Made by a program: the position numbers and the translations under genes
Source of the DNA: a virus
Taxonomy: Duplodnaviria > Caudoviricetes
Virus record (IMG/VR): IMGVR_UViG_3300044557_000104
Location: 54,437-118,436 of that record
DNA: 64,000 bases
Strand: one strand, 5' to 3'
The notes under the pieces: generated by a model
Told to the model about the DNA's origin: nothing
Database searches by the model: none
Seen by the model: only the letters and a program-made list of their open reading frames with translations
In this document: piece by piece, positions 19,962 to 28,900 of the stretch
Numbering within the stretch: position 1 is the first letter of the stretch
Layout of the letters: every line of letters begins with the position of its first letter

Positions 19962-22727
19962 ATGTCAATTGAAGACTTTCTGCACCCATTGTGGAAACGT
20001 AGCTTAGAACTAGACAAAAATAATCTAAATACTACTGTATTACGTGAAATTCAAAAGCCACTTTCACAAGCAGAACAGGATATCATAGCTTCCCGTATTC
20101 AATTATCTGTGGACACTGCTACTTCCTACTGGTTAGATTATTGGGGTAGCTGGTTAGGATTACACCGAATTAATGGTTGGACAGATGATGAATATCGTGA
20201 GCACCTAAAACACCATGTGTTACACCCTAGGAACACTATTCCTGCTTTGCAACAAGCAGTAGCAGACTTCCTAAATACAGATAAAGCTAATATCCATATC
20301 TATGAACCATTTATGGATATGCTAATCTGGAATAAGTCCAACTATAATAGTTTTGCTTACTTCCCTAGCACTTACTACAGATATGCAGTGATTGATGTTC
20401 AAATTGATGCACCTTATGATAAAACAGTAGCAGAGATTATTAATCTGTTTCGACCTGCTGGGGTAATTTGGGTAATTACATCTAAGATTAATAGTTTTAG
20501 TGATGAAGCTCCCATTATTCCTATGGGAATTAGAAATGCTAGATACCCATTTTTATCATATGATACGAATTATGCTGGATTTGAATCACGAGATACCGGA
20601 CGGATTGTTCCTAGCTTAGATAATACCTTAACAGTAGATGATCCGTTTATCTACAACGACAATAAATCATTACTTAATGAAGGTAAAAAGTATGCTGGTG
20701 GTAATAGTAACCATAATAATGTAGCCAGTGTAGGACAATTAGTTAGAAGCTACACTCCACTAGGAACAGATGAGTTTAGTGATACTAGAGCATATGTAGA
20801 ACAACTTACCCACCAAGACCGAGTTGCTGTTTCTACTCGCGATAACAATGCTAAAACATTTACACTTTCACCAGCTAAACTTAACTTAGTGCAAGGCACT
20901 ACTAGTGATGACATTAACTATAACCTATTCACAGGAACTTCTGGACCATTTGTAATGGGCTATGGTATTCCTAATACGTCATGGAACGATGGCTATGCTT
21001 ACCTGAAATTACCAACCACCCTTATAAATGCTGATGAAATTCTTCCGCAAGACCCACACACCTTTTACCATACCCTGACTCAAGGAGTAACCTATACTCA
21101 AACAATATGGTTTGAGACCGATGCAACTGTCAAAGATTTGGGTGCGACTCAAATTACATGGTTTACGGGGGCAGGGCATGATGTCCAACCGGCAATGATT
21201 CAAAAGCTAGGTCAAAATAGCTATAAGCTCTACTCGACTTATATGTGGCCCGGCAAGAGTAATAATGATGTGCGATTGTTTGATATTGAAAATTTAAATT
21301 CCGCTTTTGATTTAAGCACAGGAACATATTTGAAGTTTGGAAAGCTCAAATTAGAAAAAGGTAGTGTAGCTACTCCGTGGTGCCTGTCACAATCTGAAAT
21401 TACTGATCCACAGTATTTTCGTAAGCAAACATTAGCTGGTAAATCACCTAACACTATTCCAGATGTGGTAGGAACCAACCTATTAATGGGTACTGATCAA
21501 GATTTTGTGGTTGATGATACTGCTAACACCGGTACGCAAGGTTGGTGTTTCCATGTATTTAGCTTAACGCAACAGCTCAGAGTTGGTGATCAGATTACTG
21601 TGTCTGCCGAGGGGACGTTAAGTGGTCGAGGAGATCTAAGCACCTATGAGGCAATCTTGTATGATTCTAATATAAGTACTTCGCGGAGCAATTCTAAGCG
21701 TTTAACCGCTGGGAAAAGATCAAGCGCAACCCTTGAAGTTAATAATCTTAATGGTACGGGTGATACAGTCCTACTTATTTATGCGGGTAATATCACTGAT
21801 ACTGAGGGCAAAAAGAATGTCATTCATCATCTAAAAGTTGAAAAAGGCAGTGTAGCTACTGATTGGTGTCCTAATATTAAAGACTCCCTAGTTAACTCTT
21901 TGGCATATAAAGGATACCTTTTAGATGCTTCATTAAAAACAAATACTACTTATGATATTGGATTAACTGGATATAGCTCCTCTACCTTTACTCAATCAAA
22001 TGTTAAGTTCTACATTAATGGCAATACTCCTATTAGTGCAGTACTGAAATCATCCTTAGATAATAAATCTACTTGGTATACTGCTAGTTTTACTACCCCA
22101 GAGGACTTTGTAAGTGATAGGATAATTGCTATATCTTTAGAGGGGATTGATAGTGCTCCTGATTTCACCTATTCTAACCTAGTAGTTAGGGAACATGATG
22201 CTACTAGACCACTGTATTATAGTATGAATAAGAATGATACCCAGAAGGATTATGGACTTACTGGTATCTATGATGTTAAAGGGTTTATTAACACTTATAA
22301 AACACCATTAGATAGTAATGCTACTAACCAAACAATCAACGATATGTTCTCAAGTAAAAATATGATGTTTACTGTTAAGAGCTTAGCTACTACTAATGAT
22401 GTAACTATTAAAATTCAGATGTATAATTTTAAAATTAATATGTGGGTAACTCAAGACACTCAAATAGTCACTAAAGACTATAAAGATATCATGTTAACAA
22501 TTAATGATATTACCCCATATTTAAACGATAATGGTGTTCTGTTCTACCAAGTAATCCCAGAGACTAAAAACTATCTAGTAGTTAATTATCTAGGATTATC
22601 AGTAACTAAACGAAGTGACACCCCAGATACTAGCTATCTAGTTAACCAAGATGGGTGTGGAGCAGAAATACCAGAAGCACCTAATACAATTGGTAGTGCA
22701 GTAATAGGTGAATCTGAACTAGCTTAA
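19962..22727 (+). CDS. Baseplate wedge/tail protein with inserted carbohydrate-binding-like modules
   Basis: WLDYWGSWLGLHR...DDEYR and FRPAGV motifs; internal modules ending KLEKGSVATPW and KVEKGSVATDW. Confidence 0.75.
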   Translation: MSIEDFLHPLWKRSLELDKNNLNTTVLREIQKPLSQAEQDIIASRIQLSVDTATSYWLDYWGSWLGLHRINGWTDDEYREHLKHHVLHPRNTIPALQQAVADFLNTDKANIHIYEPFMDMLIWNKSNYNSFAYFPSTYYRYAVIDVQIDAPYDKTVAEIINLFRPAGVIWVITSKINSFSDEAPIIPMGIRNARYPFLSYDTNYAGFESRDTGRIVPSLDNTLTVDDPFIYNDNKSLLNEGKKYAGGNSNHNNVASVGQLVRSYTPLGTDEFSDTRAYVEQLTHQDRVAVSTRDNNAKTFTLSPAKLNLVQGTTSDDINYNLFTGTSGPFVMGYGIPNTSWNDGYAYLKLPTTLINADEILPQDPHTFYHTLTQGVTYTQTIWFETDATVKDLGATQITWFTGAGHDVQPAMIQKLGQNSYKLYSTYMWPGKSNNDVRLFDIENLNSAFDLSTGTYLKFGKLKLEKGSVATPWCLSQSEITDPQYFRKQTLAGKSPNTIPDVVGTNLLMGTDQDFVVDDTANTGTQGWCFHVFSLTQQLRVGDQITVSAEGTLSGRGDLSTYEAILYDSNISTSRSNSKRLTAGKRSSATLEVNNLNGTGDTVLLIYAGNITDTEGKKNVIHHLKVEKGSVATDWCPNIKDSLVNSLAYKGYLLDASLKTNTTYDIGLTGYSSSTFTQSNVKFYINGNTPISAVLKSSLDNKSTWYTASFTTPEDFVSDRIIAISLEGIDSAPDFTYSNLVVREHDATRPLYYSMNKNDTQKDYGLTGIYDVKGFINTYKTPLDSNATNQTINDMFSSKNMMFTVKSLATTNDVTIKIQMYNFKINMWVTQDTQIVTKDYKDIMLTINDITPYLNDNGVLFYQVIPETKNYLVVNYLGLSVTKRSDTPDTSYLVNQDGCGAEIPEAPNTIGSAVIGESELA

Positions 22728-22752
22728 AACAAGAAAGGATGTGCAACAATAA

Positions 22753-22943
22753 TTGGCATTAGATCAATGGGAAGATAAAGAACTGATTACAAAGGCTAAA
22801 ATGAATGCAATGGTGGACGCCATTAATGAAAATACCACTAGAATTGCTCAGGTACCTGACGATACTATTAATTTCATATCGTCACCCAATCACAGTATGA
22901 TGCACTAACTGACAAGTCCGGCGTCTATTTTATTGAGGGGTGA
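22753..22943 (+). pseudogene. Small tail-fibre-associated ORF broken by a 1-nt frameshift (absent from ORF track)
   Basis: TTG 22753 gives MALDQWEDKELITKAKMN...INF, stop at 22908; -1 frame continues HIVTQSQYDALTDKSGVYFIEG* to 22943. Confidence 0.6.
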
Positions 22944-22947
22944 GCGA

Positions 22948-23451
22948 ATGACAACAATAAATGGTAGAGTGTGTGTTGTTAATGGCGTGGCAGTAGACAA
23001 GGTGTTCAGCAATGGCAAGCAAGTTTATGGACGTAACTTACTATTAGACACGCAGAGCTTTGAAAGTAACTGGTCATGGAACAGTATCGAGCACATTTTT
23101 GCTAATGGATTTCTCACGCTATCTAGTACGAACAATGGCAGAATGTATCAAGCTATAGCCAGTGGAAATCCTAATGGTAAGACTGTCTCGGTATCTTTCA
23201 ATGCAAAAATTAGTGCCGATTGTGACAGCCAGTCAGTACAAGTAAATGTTGGCCCTTATGACGCCAATAAATTGATCAATATAACTAGTAAAGATTCCCA
23301 ACTCTATAAAGTAGAAAATTGGCAATGGGCAAGCCAAACTAGAACGTTCAGTTTATATGTTATTAATGGAAAAGTTGATATATCCAATCTGAAGTTGGAG
23401 TATGGTGTAGCTACACCTTGGACGCCTGCACCAGAAGACGTATTAAAATAG
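22948..23451 (+). CDS. Small carbohydrate-binding-like tail protein (temperate-phage type)
   Basis: MTTINGR..VVNG..VDKVFSNG.QVYGRNLL...KLE.G.ATPWTPAPED; ATG 22948 has RBS GAGGGG. Confidence 0.65.
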   Translation: MTTINGRVCVVNGVAVDKVFSNGKQVYGRNLLLDTQSFESNWSWNSIEHIFANGFLTLSSTNNGRMYQAIASGNPNGKTVSVSFNAKISADCDSQSVQVNVGPYDANKLINITSKDSQLYKVENWQWASQTRTFSLYVINGKVDISNLKLEYGVATPWTPAPEDVLK

Positions 23452-23462
23452 GAAGTAGACAA

Positions 23463-23515
23463 TTGAACAAGCACAATTTAAAGGCACCCATCTTAACGGT
23501 GGGCGCCCTTTTTAT
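23463..23515 (+). pseudogene. Probable remnant of a temperate-phage endolysin signal-peptide start; overlaps a terminator-like hairpin (23481-23513)
   Basis: TTG start gives MNKHNLKAPILTVGALF; recalled similarity to L. plantarum prophage lysin N-termini; cut at TTAT by the IS-derived element. Confidence 0.45.
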
Positions 23516-23774
23516 AAAGAAAAGTTGAGAAAACACGTTACTTTAGTTGCGTGATAAATCAACTAGTAGTATACTAAGAACCATAAAGACATTGAGTGAC
23601 CTTAGATGCGAAAACCAAGTATCTTAATAAGTTGCTTAAAAGTCTTTAAGTAAACTAATATGGGCTGGGACAGCCCTTAGTAAATAGCTGTAACCTCTAC
23701 CTAGAGTTAGTAATAACCTAGGCAAGTATGCAGTGTTCCTAGAAGCATGGGAATTTATTCCCAGAGTAGTTCAC
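23516..23774 (+). mobile_element. Non-autonomous IS200/IS605-derived element (copy 1; omegaRNA only, no gene)
   Basis: Preceded by TTAT; left-end hairpin CACG-ttactttagttg-CGTG; right end GAAG-hairpin-GAGTAGTTCAC; homologous to 50051-50305 and to the tnpB 3' region. Confidence 0.8.
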
Positions 23775-23794
23775 GACACCCAAGTAATTGTAGA
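23660..23794 (+). ncRNA. Orphan TnpB omegaRNA, copy 1 (guide from 23775: GACACCCAAGTAATTGTAGA)
   Basis: 29-nt identity (ATGGGCTGGGACAGCCCTTAGTAAATAGC) with the tnpB-adjacent scaffold; compensatory stems. Confidence 0.7.
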
Positions 23795-23855
23795 TAATCC
23801 AACAGATGTAACTGTAGATAATACTAATGATTCTACTGGGGTAACAGCTAAATAA
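23775..23855 (+). pseudogene. Orphan 3' gene fragment (DTQVIVDNPTDVTVDNTNDSTGVTAK*)
   Basis: No start; resembles C-terminus of 50342..50851 (IEDPTGVAAVATDDGAKVTAK*); followed by a terminator. Confidence 0.55.
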
Positions 23856-23861
23856 ATGATT

Positions 23862-23899
23862 AATACCCACCTAATCAATGGTGGGTATTTTCTATATTA
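23862..23899 (+). terminator. Intrinsic terminator plus CTATATTA motif
   Basis: AATACCCACC/GGTGGGTATT perfect stem, T tract, then CTATATTA at 23892. Confidence 0.8.
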
Positions 23900-23992
23900 A
23901 TAAGTAGCGAGAATGCCTTAGCGAAACTAATGGAATACATGAATGCTAATGGTAGGTCAATCAACAACACAAACTATTTAAAAATAATATCG

Positions 23993-24001
23993 TGTTATAA
24001 T
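23993..24001 (+). promoter_or_regulatory. Extended -10 (TGTTATAAT) upstream of tnpB; contains the TTAT motif
   Basis: Consensus TGnTATAAT about 90 nt upstream of the tnpB ATG. Confidence 0.65.
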
Positions 24002-25367
24002 AGAATATGAGGAGTTACCTATAACATTGTTACCCTCTATAGGGTACAATGTGTACATAAACACAATAATTCTTGAAAAGAGGTGGCACAGCATGACTTT
24101 AAAAGGAGTTAAACTAAGAATATATCCTAATAAAGAGCAACAGTTAAAAATTAAACTTAATTTTGGGTATAACAGATTCGTTTGGAATCAAATGTTAAAT
24201 ATGATGATTACTAGATATAAGAATAATCCAGAATTAAGATTTCCAAGTGCTTTCACCCTTAACTATTTGTTACCAGCAATGAAGGAAGAGTATCCTTGGT
24301 TAAAAGATGCAGAGAGTCAGAGTTTGCAACAAACCTGTAAAGACTTAGTAGAATCCTATAAGAAGTTCTTTAAATTACATCAAGGCTTTCCTAAATTTAA
24401 ATCTCGTAAGTATCCTAAGAAAAGCTACCGGTCTACTACGCGTATTAGGTTAATTGATAACCATCATATTAGATTACCTAAACTTGATATTGTATATTTT
24501 AAATCTGGAAGATACCCTAAAGGTAAAATCAAGAATGTAACTATCAGATTGTCTTCAACTGGTAAGTATTATGCAGTTTTACTAGTTGATACAGATATTA
24601 ATAGTCTTCCTAAAACTACTGAATCTGTAGGAATTGATATGGGAGTAGCTGATCTAATGGTTACTAGTGATGGTACCAAATACCCCACGATTAGATTTGA
24701 TAAAATCCTAAGTAAAAAGAAACACTATTGGGAGAAACGGTTAGCACGTAGGAGACTACAAGCACAAGCTCAAATAGCTTGGGATAAGCATAATAAAGTA
24801 CTGGAACCACGTGAGTTATCAGACTTTAATAATTATCTAAAAGCTAAGTGCATGGTAGCTAAGTACAATGAAAAGATTGCTAATCAAAGAAAAGATTATC
24901 TCCATAAACTAACAAAGTCTCTAGTAGAACAATATGATGTGATTAAGATTGAAGATTTGAAAACCAAAAATCTTCTTAAAAATCATAAATTATCTAGAGC
25001 AATTGCTAATCAGTCATGGAGAGAATTACGTACTCAGTTAGAATATAAATGTGAATGGTATGGAAAACAATTAGTCATTGTTAACCCCCGTAAAACATCA
25101 CAAATTTGTTCTAATTGTGGTTATGATGATGGTAAACATACATTAGACATTAGACAGTGGGCTTGTCCACAATGTCATACTCATCATGATAGAGACATCA
25201 ACGCTGCTAAGAATATCTTAGCTAGTGAATAACTAATAAAGGACTAACATGGGCTGGGACAGCCCTTAGTAAATAGCCATAACCTCTACTTGATTATCTT
25301 AGATATTTAAGCAAGTATGTGGTGTTCCTAGAAACTCAATAAAATAATAAAGCAATGAGTAGTCCAT
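23999..25367 (+). mobile_element. tnpA-less IS200/IS605 (IS1341-like) element with decayed ends
   Basis: tnpB plus omegaRNA; ends GAGTAGTCCAT; left boundary placed at TTAT 23995-23998 by analogy with the other copies. Confidence 0.7.
24093..25232 (+). CDS. tnpB: RNA-guided endonuclease TnpB (IS200/IS605 family)
   Basis: KLRIYPN N-terminal HTH; RuvC GIDMG, IEDL, DRDINAA; Zn finger CSNC/CPQC; ATG 24093 has RBS GAGGTG. Confidence 0.95.
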   Translation: MTLKGVKLRIYPNKEQQLKIKLNFGYNRFVWNQMLNMMITRYKNNPELRFPSAFTLNYLLPAMKEEYPWLKDAESQSLQQTCKDLVESYKKFFKLHQGFPKFKSRKYPKKSYRSTTRIRLIDNHHIRLPKLDIVYFKSGRYPKGKIKNVTIRLSSTGKYYAVLLVDTDINSLPKTTESVGIDMGVADLMVTSDGTKYPTIRFDKILSKKKHYWEKRLARRRLQAQAQIAWDKHNKVLEPRELSDFNNYLKAKCMVAKYNEKIANQRKDYLHKLTKSLVEQYDVIKIEDLKTKNLLKNHKLSRAIANQSWRELRTQLEYKCEWYGKQLVIVNPRKTSQICSNCGYDDGKHTLDIRQWACPQCHTHHDRDINAAKNILASE

Positions 25368-25387
25368 AATAGAATATAGATAGTAAG
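25249..25387 (+). ncRNA. TnpB omegaRNA, copy 2 (guide from 25368: AATAGAATATAGATAGTAAG)
   Basis: Immediately 3' of tnpB; GGGCTG/CAGCCC hairpin; GGGACA complementary to TGTTCC (pseudoknot or alternative pairing). Confidence 0.8.
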
Positions 25388-25400
25388 GAGGCTACAAAGT

Positions 25401-25931
25401 TTGGCAATTGAAACAAACGTAGGGCACATTACACAAGCAATTAATTTTAGTGCCCATAAAGACCTGTTCCTAGAATTAGGAAAACCTACTGATTGGACAG
25501 ACCCTAAAAATCCAGATAATGAAAATGCAACAACTACGGATTTAGCAGATTCACAAGCATTTATTAAGATAAATTCTGTGTATTTAGTAGCAGAAAGTGA
25601 TGTTACTGATAGTACTGAGGTGGCTGGTGATTCCTATATTATATATAAAGGAAAGCATTGGTTAATTAGTACCACGGATAAGGCAATTGCAGATAACGCA
25701 TGTTATGTATTGGTAGAAGGAACATTGGGTGTTAGTGCGCTTGAACCGTTTAAGTTTACACAGATTGGTGTTCGTCAAGGAACTGTATTTGCAGACTCTG
25801 TTAAAAATAACACGGTTGCTAAGTCTAGTGATGTTACTACTAAAGGTAGCTTATTGTTCTATGAAAATAGAATGTTAGAAACCTATACAGATGCTACTGC
25901 TAAAGATATTAAATATCTAATGAGATTTTAG
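25401..25931 (+). CDS. Baseplate structural protein
   Basis: MAIETN..H, LGKPTDW..P..P motifs; precedes the DUF4815-type gene as in Herelleviridae. Confidence 0.7.
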   Translation: MAIETNVGHITQAINFSAHKDLFLELGKPTDWTDPKNPDNENATTTDLADSQAFIKINSVYLVAESDVTDSTEVAGDSYIIYKGKHWLISTTDKAIADNACYVLVEGTLGVSALEPFKFTQIGVRQGTVFADSVKNNTVAKSSDVTTKGSLLFYENRMLETYTDATAKDIKYLMRF

Positions 25932-25947
25932 AAAGTGAGGGACATGA

Positions 25948-28900
25948 ATGCCAGTCTATGATGACTCAGCAATAAATAAATTTGATCCCAAAAAGCAATA
26001 TGATAAGATTCTATTTAATGCAGGACGACCTGTATTTAACTTTGAAGTGAACGAACTTCAATCAATGGAACAATACCAACTTGAAATGCTGGGAGATACA
26101 ATTTTTCAAGAAGGTGCTATTATCTCTGGAATGGATATTATTCCACAACCAGACAATGAAGGCACTGATACTGGTTTACCTAACTCATTTAGTGTAGCCA
26201 GCTTAGATACATCTTTTGGATCAGTTAAGACAGATACATATACTAATGATAGTAAATTAACCTTTACTTCTATTAGTAACTTGTCTACTGATTACCCCGC
26301 CCTATCATTTAATGGGACAGTTACCAAAGGTGTATATTCTACTATGAGTTTTACTGTTAAGAAAACCTCTGGTACTTTATCTAAGATGAGTCTTGGGTAC
26401 CCAATGAATATGTTAACACCTATCACTTATACTATTGATGGTGCAAAAATTGCTACTGCTATTAATGATATGAGCGGTGATCCAATTGTAAATTCAGATG
26501 GTGCTCAGGTTAATTTAAATGATGGTAAAGACCATAAAATTGTTGTAACGTTTAAAACACTAGATTCTGGTTCCCCTAGTTTTACATTACATTTTAACCC
26601 CAATTATAATGCTCTAACTACATCAGTTGGTTTAGACATTACTGGACTTTATATCCAAGATGGTAAGGAAGCTACTGATTGGGTTATTAATGTTAATGAT
26701 ACTGGAACAACATCAAGTGTTGATCGTGTAAAGAATTATAGTGTTACATCAGGTACTATCTGGTTAAATGGTGCTATACGTAACTTTGCAACTCAAGATG
26801 TATCTATTAAGGGTACTGGTACTGAAAATATTGGTGTTACTCTAACTGAAAATAAGGTTACATCAGCAGATGATCCAGACCTAGTTGACGACACAGAAAA
26901 CTCATTGACAAATGGTATGAGTGGTGCAGATCGTGTTAAGTATAATGTTGACCTTACTTATAATGATGATACTGCAACAACTATCTTTGTTTTTCAAGAT
27001 AATAAGATTAACCCAGATGCAGTTAAGCCAGATTACTCTAACCTAGCTCCTATCTTAGCTAAGCGTACATTTGATCAGTCTGGTTCATTCCGTACCTCTG
27101 GATTTAATGCTACTCCAACAGATTACAAGTTGGACTCAAGTAAAATTAAACTTAATATTGATGCCGGTCAAGCCTATGTTCGTGGTTACTCAATCAGTAC
27201 CTCAAGTACTACTGGCGTGTTGCTAGATAAAGCTAGTTCAACAGATACCTCTACTAACGAAGGTATTATTTACAATAATGGTAGTGGTGATATTACTTTA
27301 GCTAATCAACCAGTACAAAAGATTACTAATATTACTGCTAATGTGGAAGGTACTAATAACTCAGTTAGTCGTTCTACTTCTGGCAATACAGATACTTTTA
27401 CTACTAATAATGCTTATCGAATTGTTAGTGTAAAACAAGGTTCTATAACCTATGCGGAAGGTACTGATTTTACCCGTGCTGGTAATACTATTATCTGGGG
27501 TGCTGATTCTGCTGGTAACATTTTACCTAATGCAACTATGCCAACGGCCGGTACATCATACTCAGTTGTTTATGACTACAACTATAATATGGTCGAAGGT
27601 ACAGATTATGCAGTTAAGACAGCAGATGAAATTACTAGTATTGATATTGATACCCAAAAGGGTGTTAAGCCAATTAATGGTAGTGTCATTAGTGTAACCT
27701 ATATCTACTTCTTAGCTCGGATTGATATGATTATGATTACCTCGGATCAAGCTAACCCATTTAAGGTTATTAAAGGTGATCCAATGCCACTTGCTACTGC
27801 TACTCCACCAGTTGTTAAGGATAATTATTCACTGGAATTGGGTTATGTATTGATCTACCCTAACTCAGATAAAGCAGTCTTCACCATGCAAACAATCACA
27901 CGGATTCCATTCTCAGGATTGCAAGCATGGAACACTCGTATCTCTAACCTAGAGTACAATGTTTCTGTATCCGCATTAGCTGATAGTGTTGAGAAGTCAG
28001 AAGATCCAATTACTATTCGCGATGCCTTTGCTGATGCGTTTAACAACTTGAACTATGCTAACTCAACTCATGATGGATTTAATGTAGCTTATGATCCAGA
28101 ATATGGTGAAATTACAATCCCACCTAAGTCATATGCTGATTTAGTTCCAACACTGAATGAGTCTAAATCTGATGTCAATGTTAGTGGTAACCTAGTCACT
28201 GCTCCCTATACAGAAGAGAAGTCCATTGGTCAAGATCTAATTACGGGAACTACTAATGTTAATGAATACCAAATTTTTAATGTTAATGGTACCCTATCAA
28301 TTGACCCCGCTAGTGATAATTGGATTGACACAAAGTCAACTACTGTATACGCTAATGGTGGTAGCAAGTCAATCACTGCCAGTCGTTGGTGGATGCACTT
28401 GGGTGCTAATAATGAATCAAGTAGTATTCAGAATACTCTTAATGAGTTACAAGGTGTCCAAGGAATTGACTATAATAGCTGGTCAGGTTCACAAGCAGCA
28501 CAAAATAACTGGTCATCAACGCAAACTGGATATATCATTTCTGATGGTGGTTCTAAGACAGTTGAGTCAGCTATTGAATATATGCGTCAACGAACAATTA
28601 CTTTTGAAGCTAAAAACTTCTTACCATATGAAGATGGATTTGAAATTACTATTGAAGGCACTAGTGTTATTAATCCAACACCAGCATCATCTACTTATAA
28701 AGGTAGTTTAGCAAATAGTTTCAAAGCGGATTCTGCTGGTACTATTAAGGGGTCATTTGACATTCCTGCTGGTGTTATCCAATGTGGTAATCGTTCTATT
28801 AAGATTGAGAACTCTAATGGTAGTTTGGCCAGCGCTAGTTACCAAGCCTATGGTACTATGAAAGATGTTCAATCAATTATTAATAAAACCACAGTTAGTG

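Noticed and set aside
10530-21404. Tail-protein repeats as diversity-generating retroelement TR/VR
   Set aside because: No reverse transcriptase; differences are mainly synonymous, not adenine-specific.
23516-23774. Orphan elements as group I introns (IStrons) or ribozymes
   Set aside because: Only ~145 nt precede the scaffold, I could not find group I core or hammerhead motifs, and removal does not restore an ORF.
23900-23990. Possible small RNA after the late motif (TTAG-cgaaa-CTAA hairpin)
   Set aside because: Only short stems, no second copy and no recognisable family.
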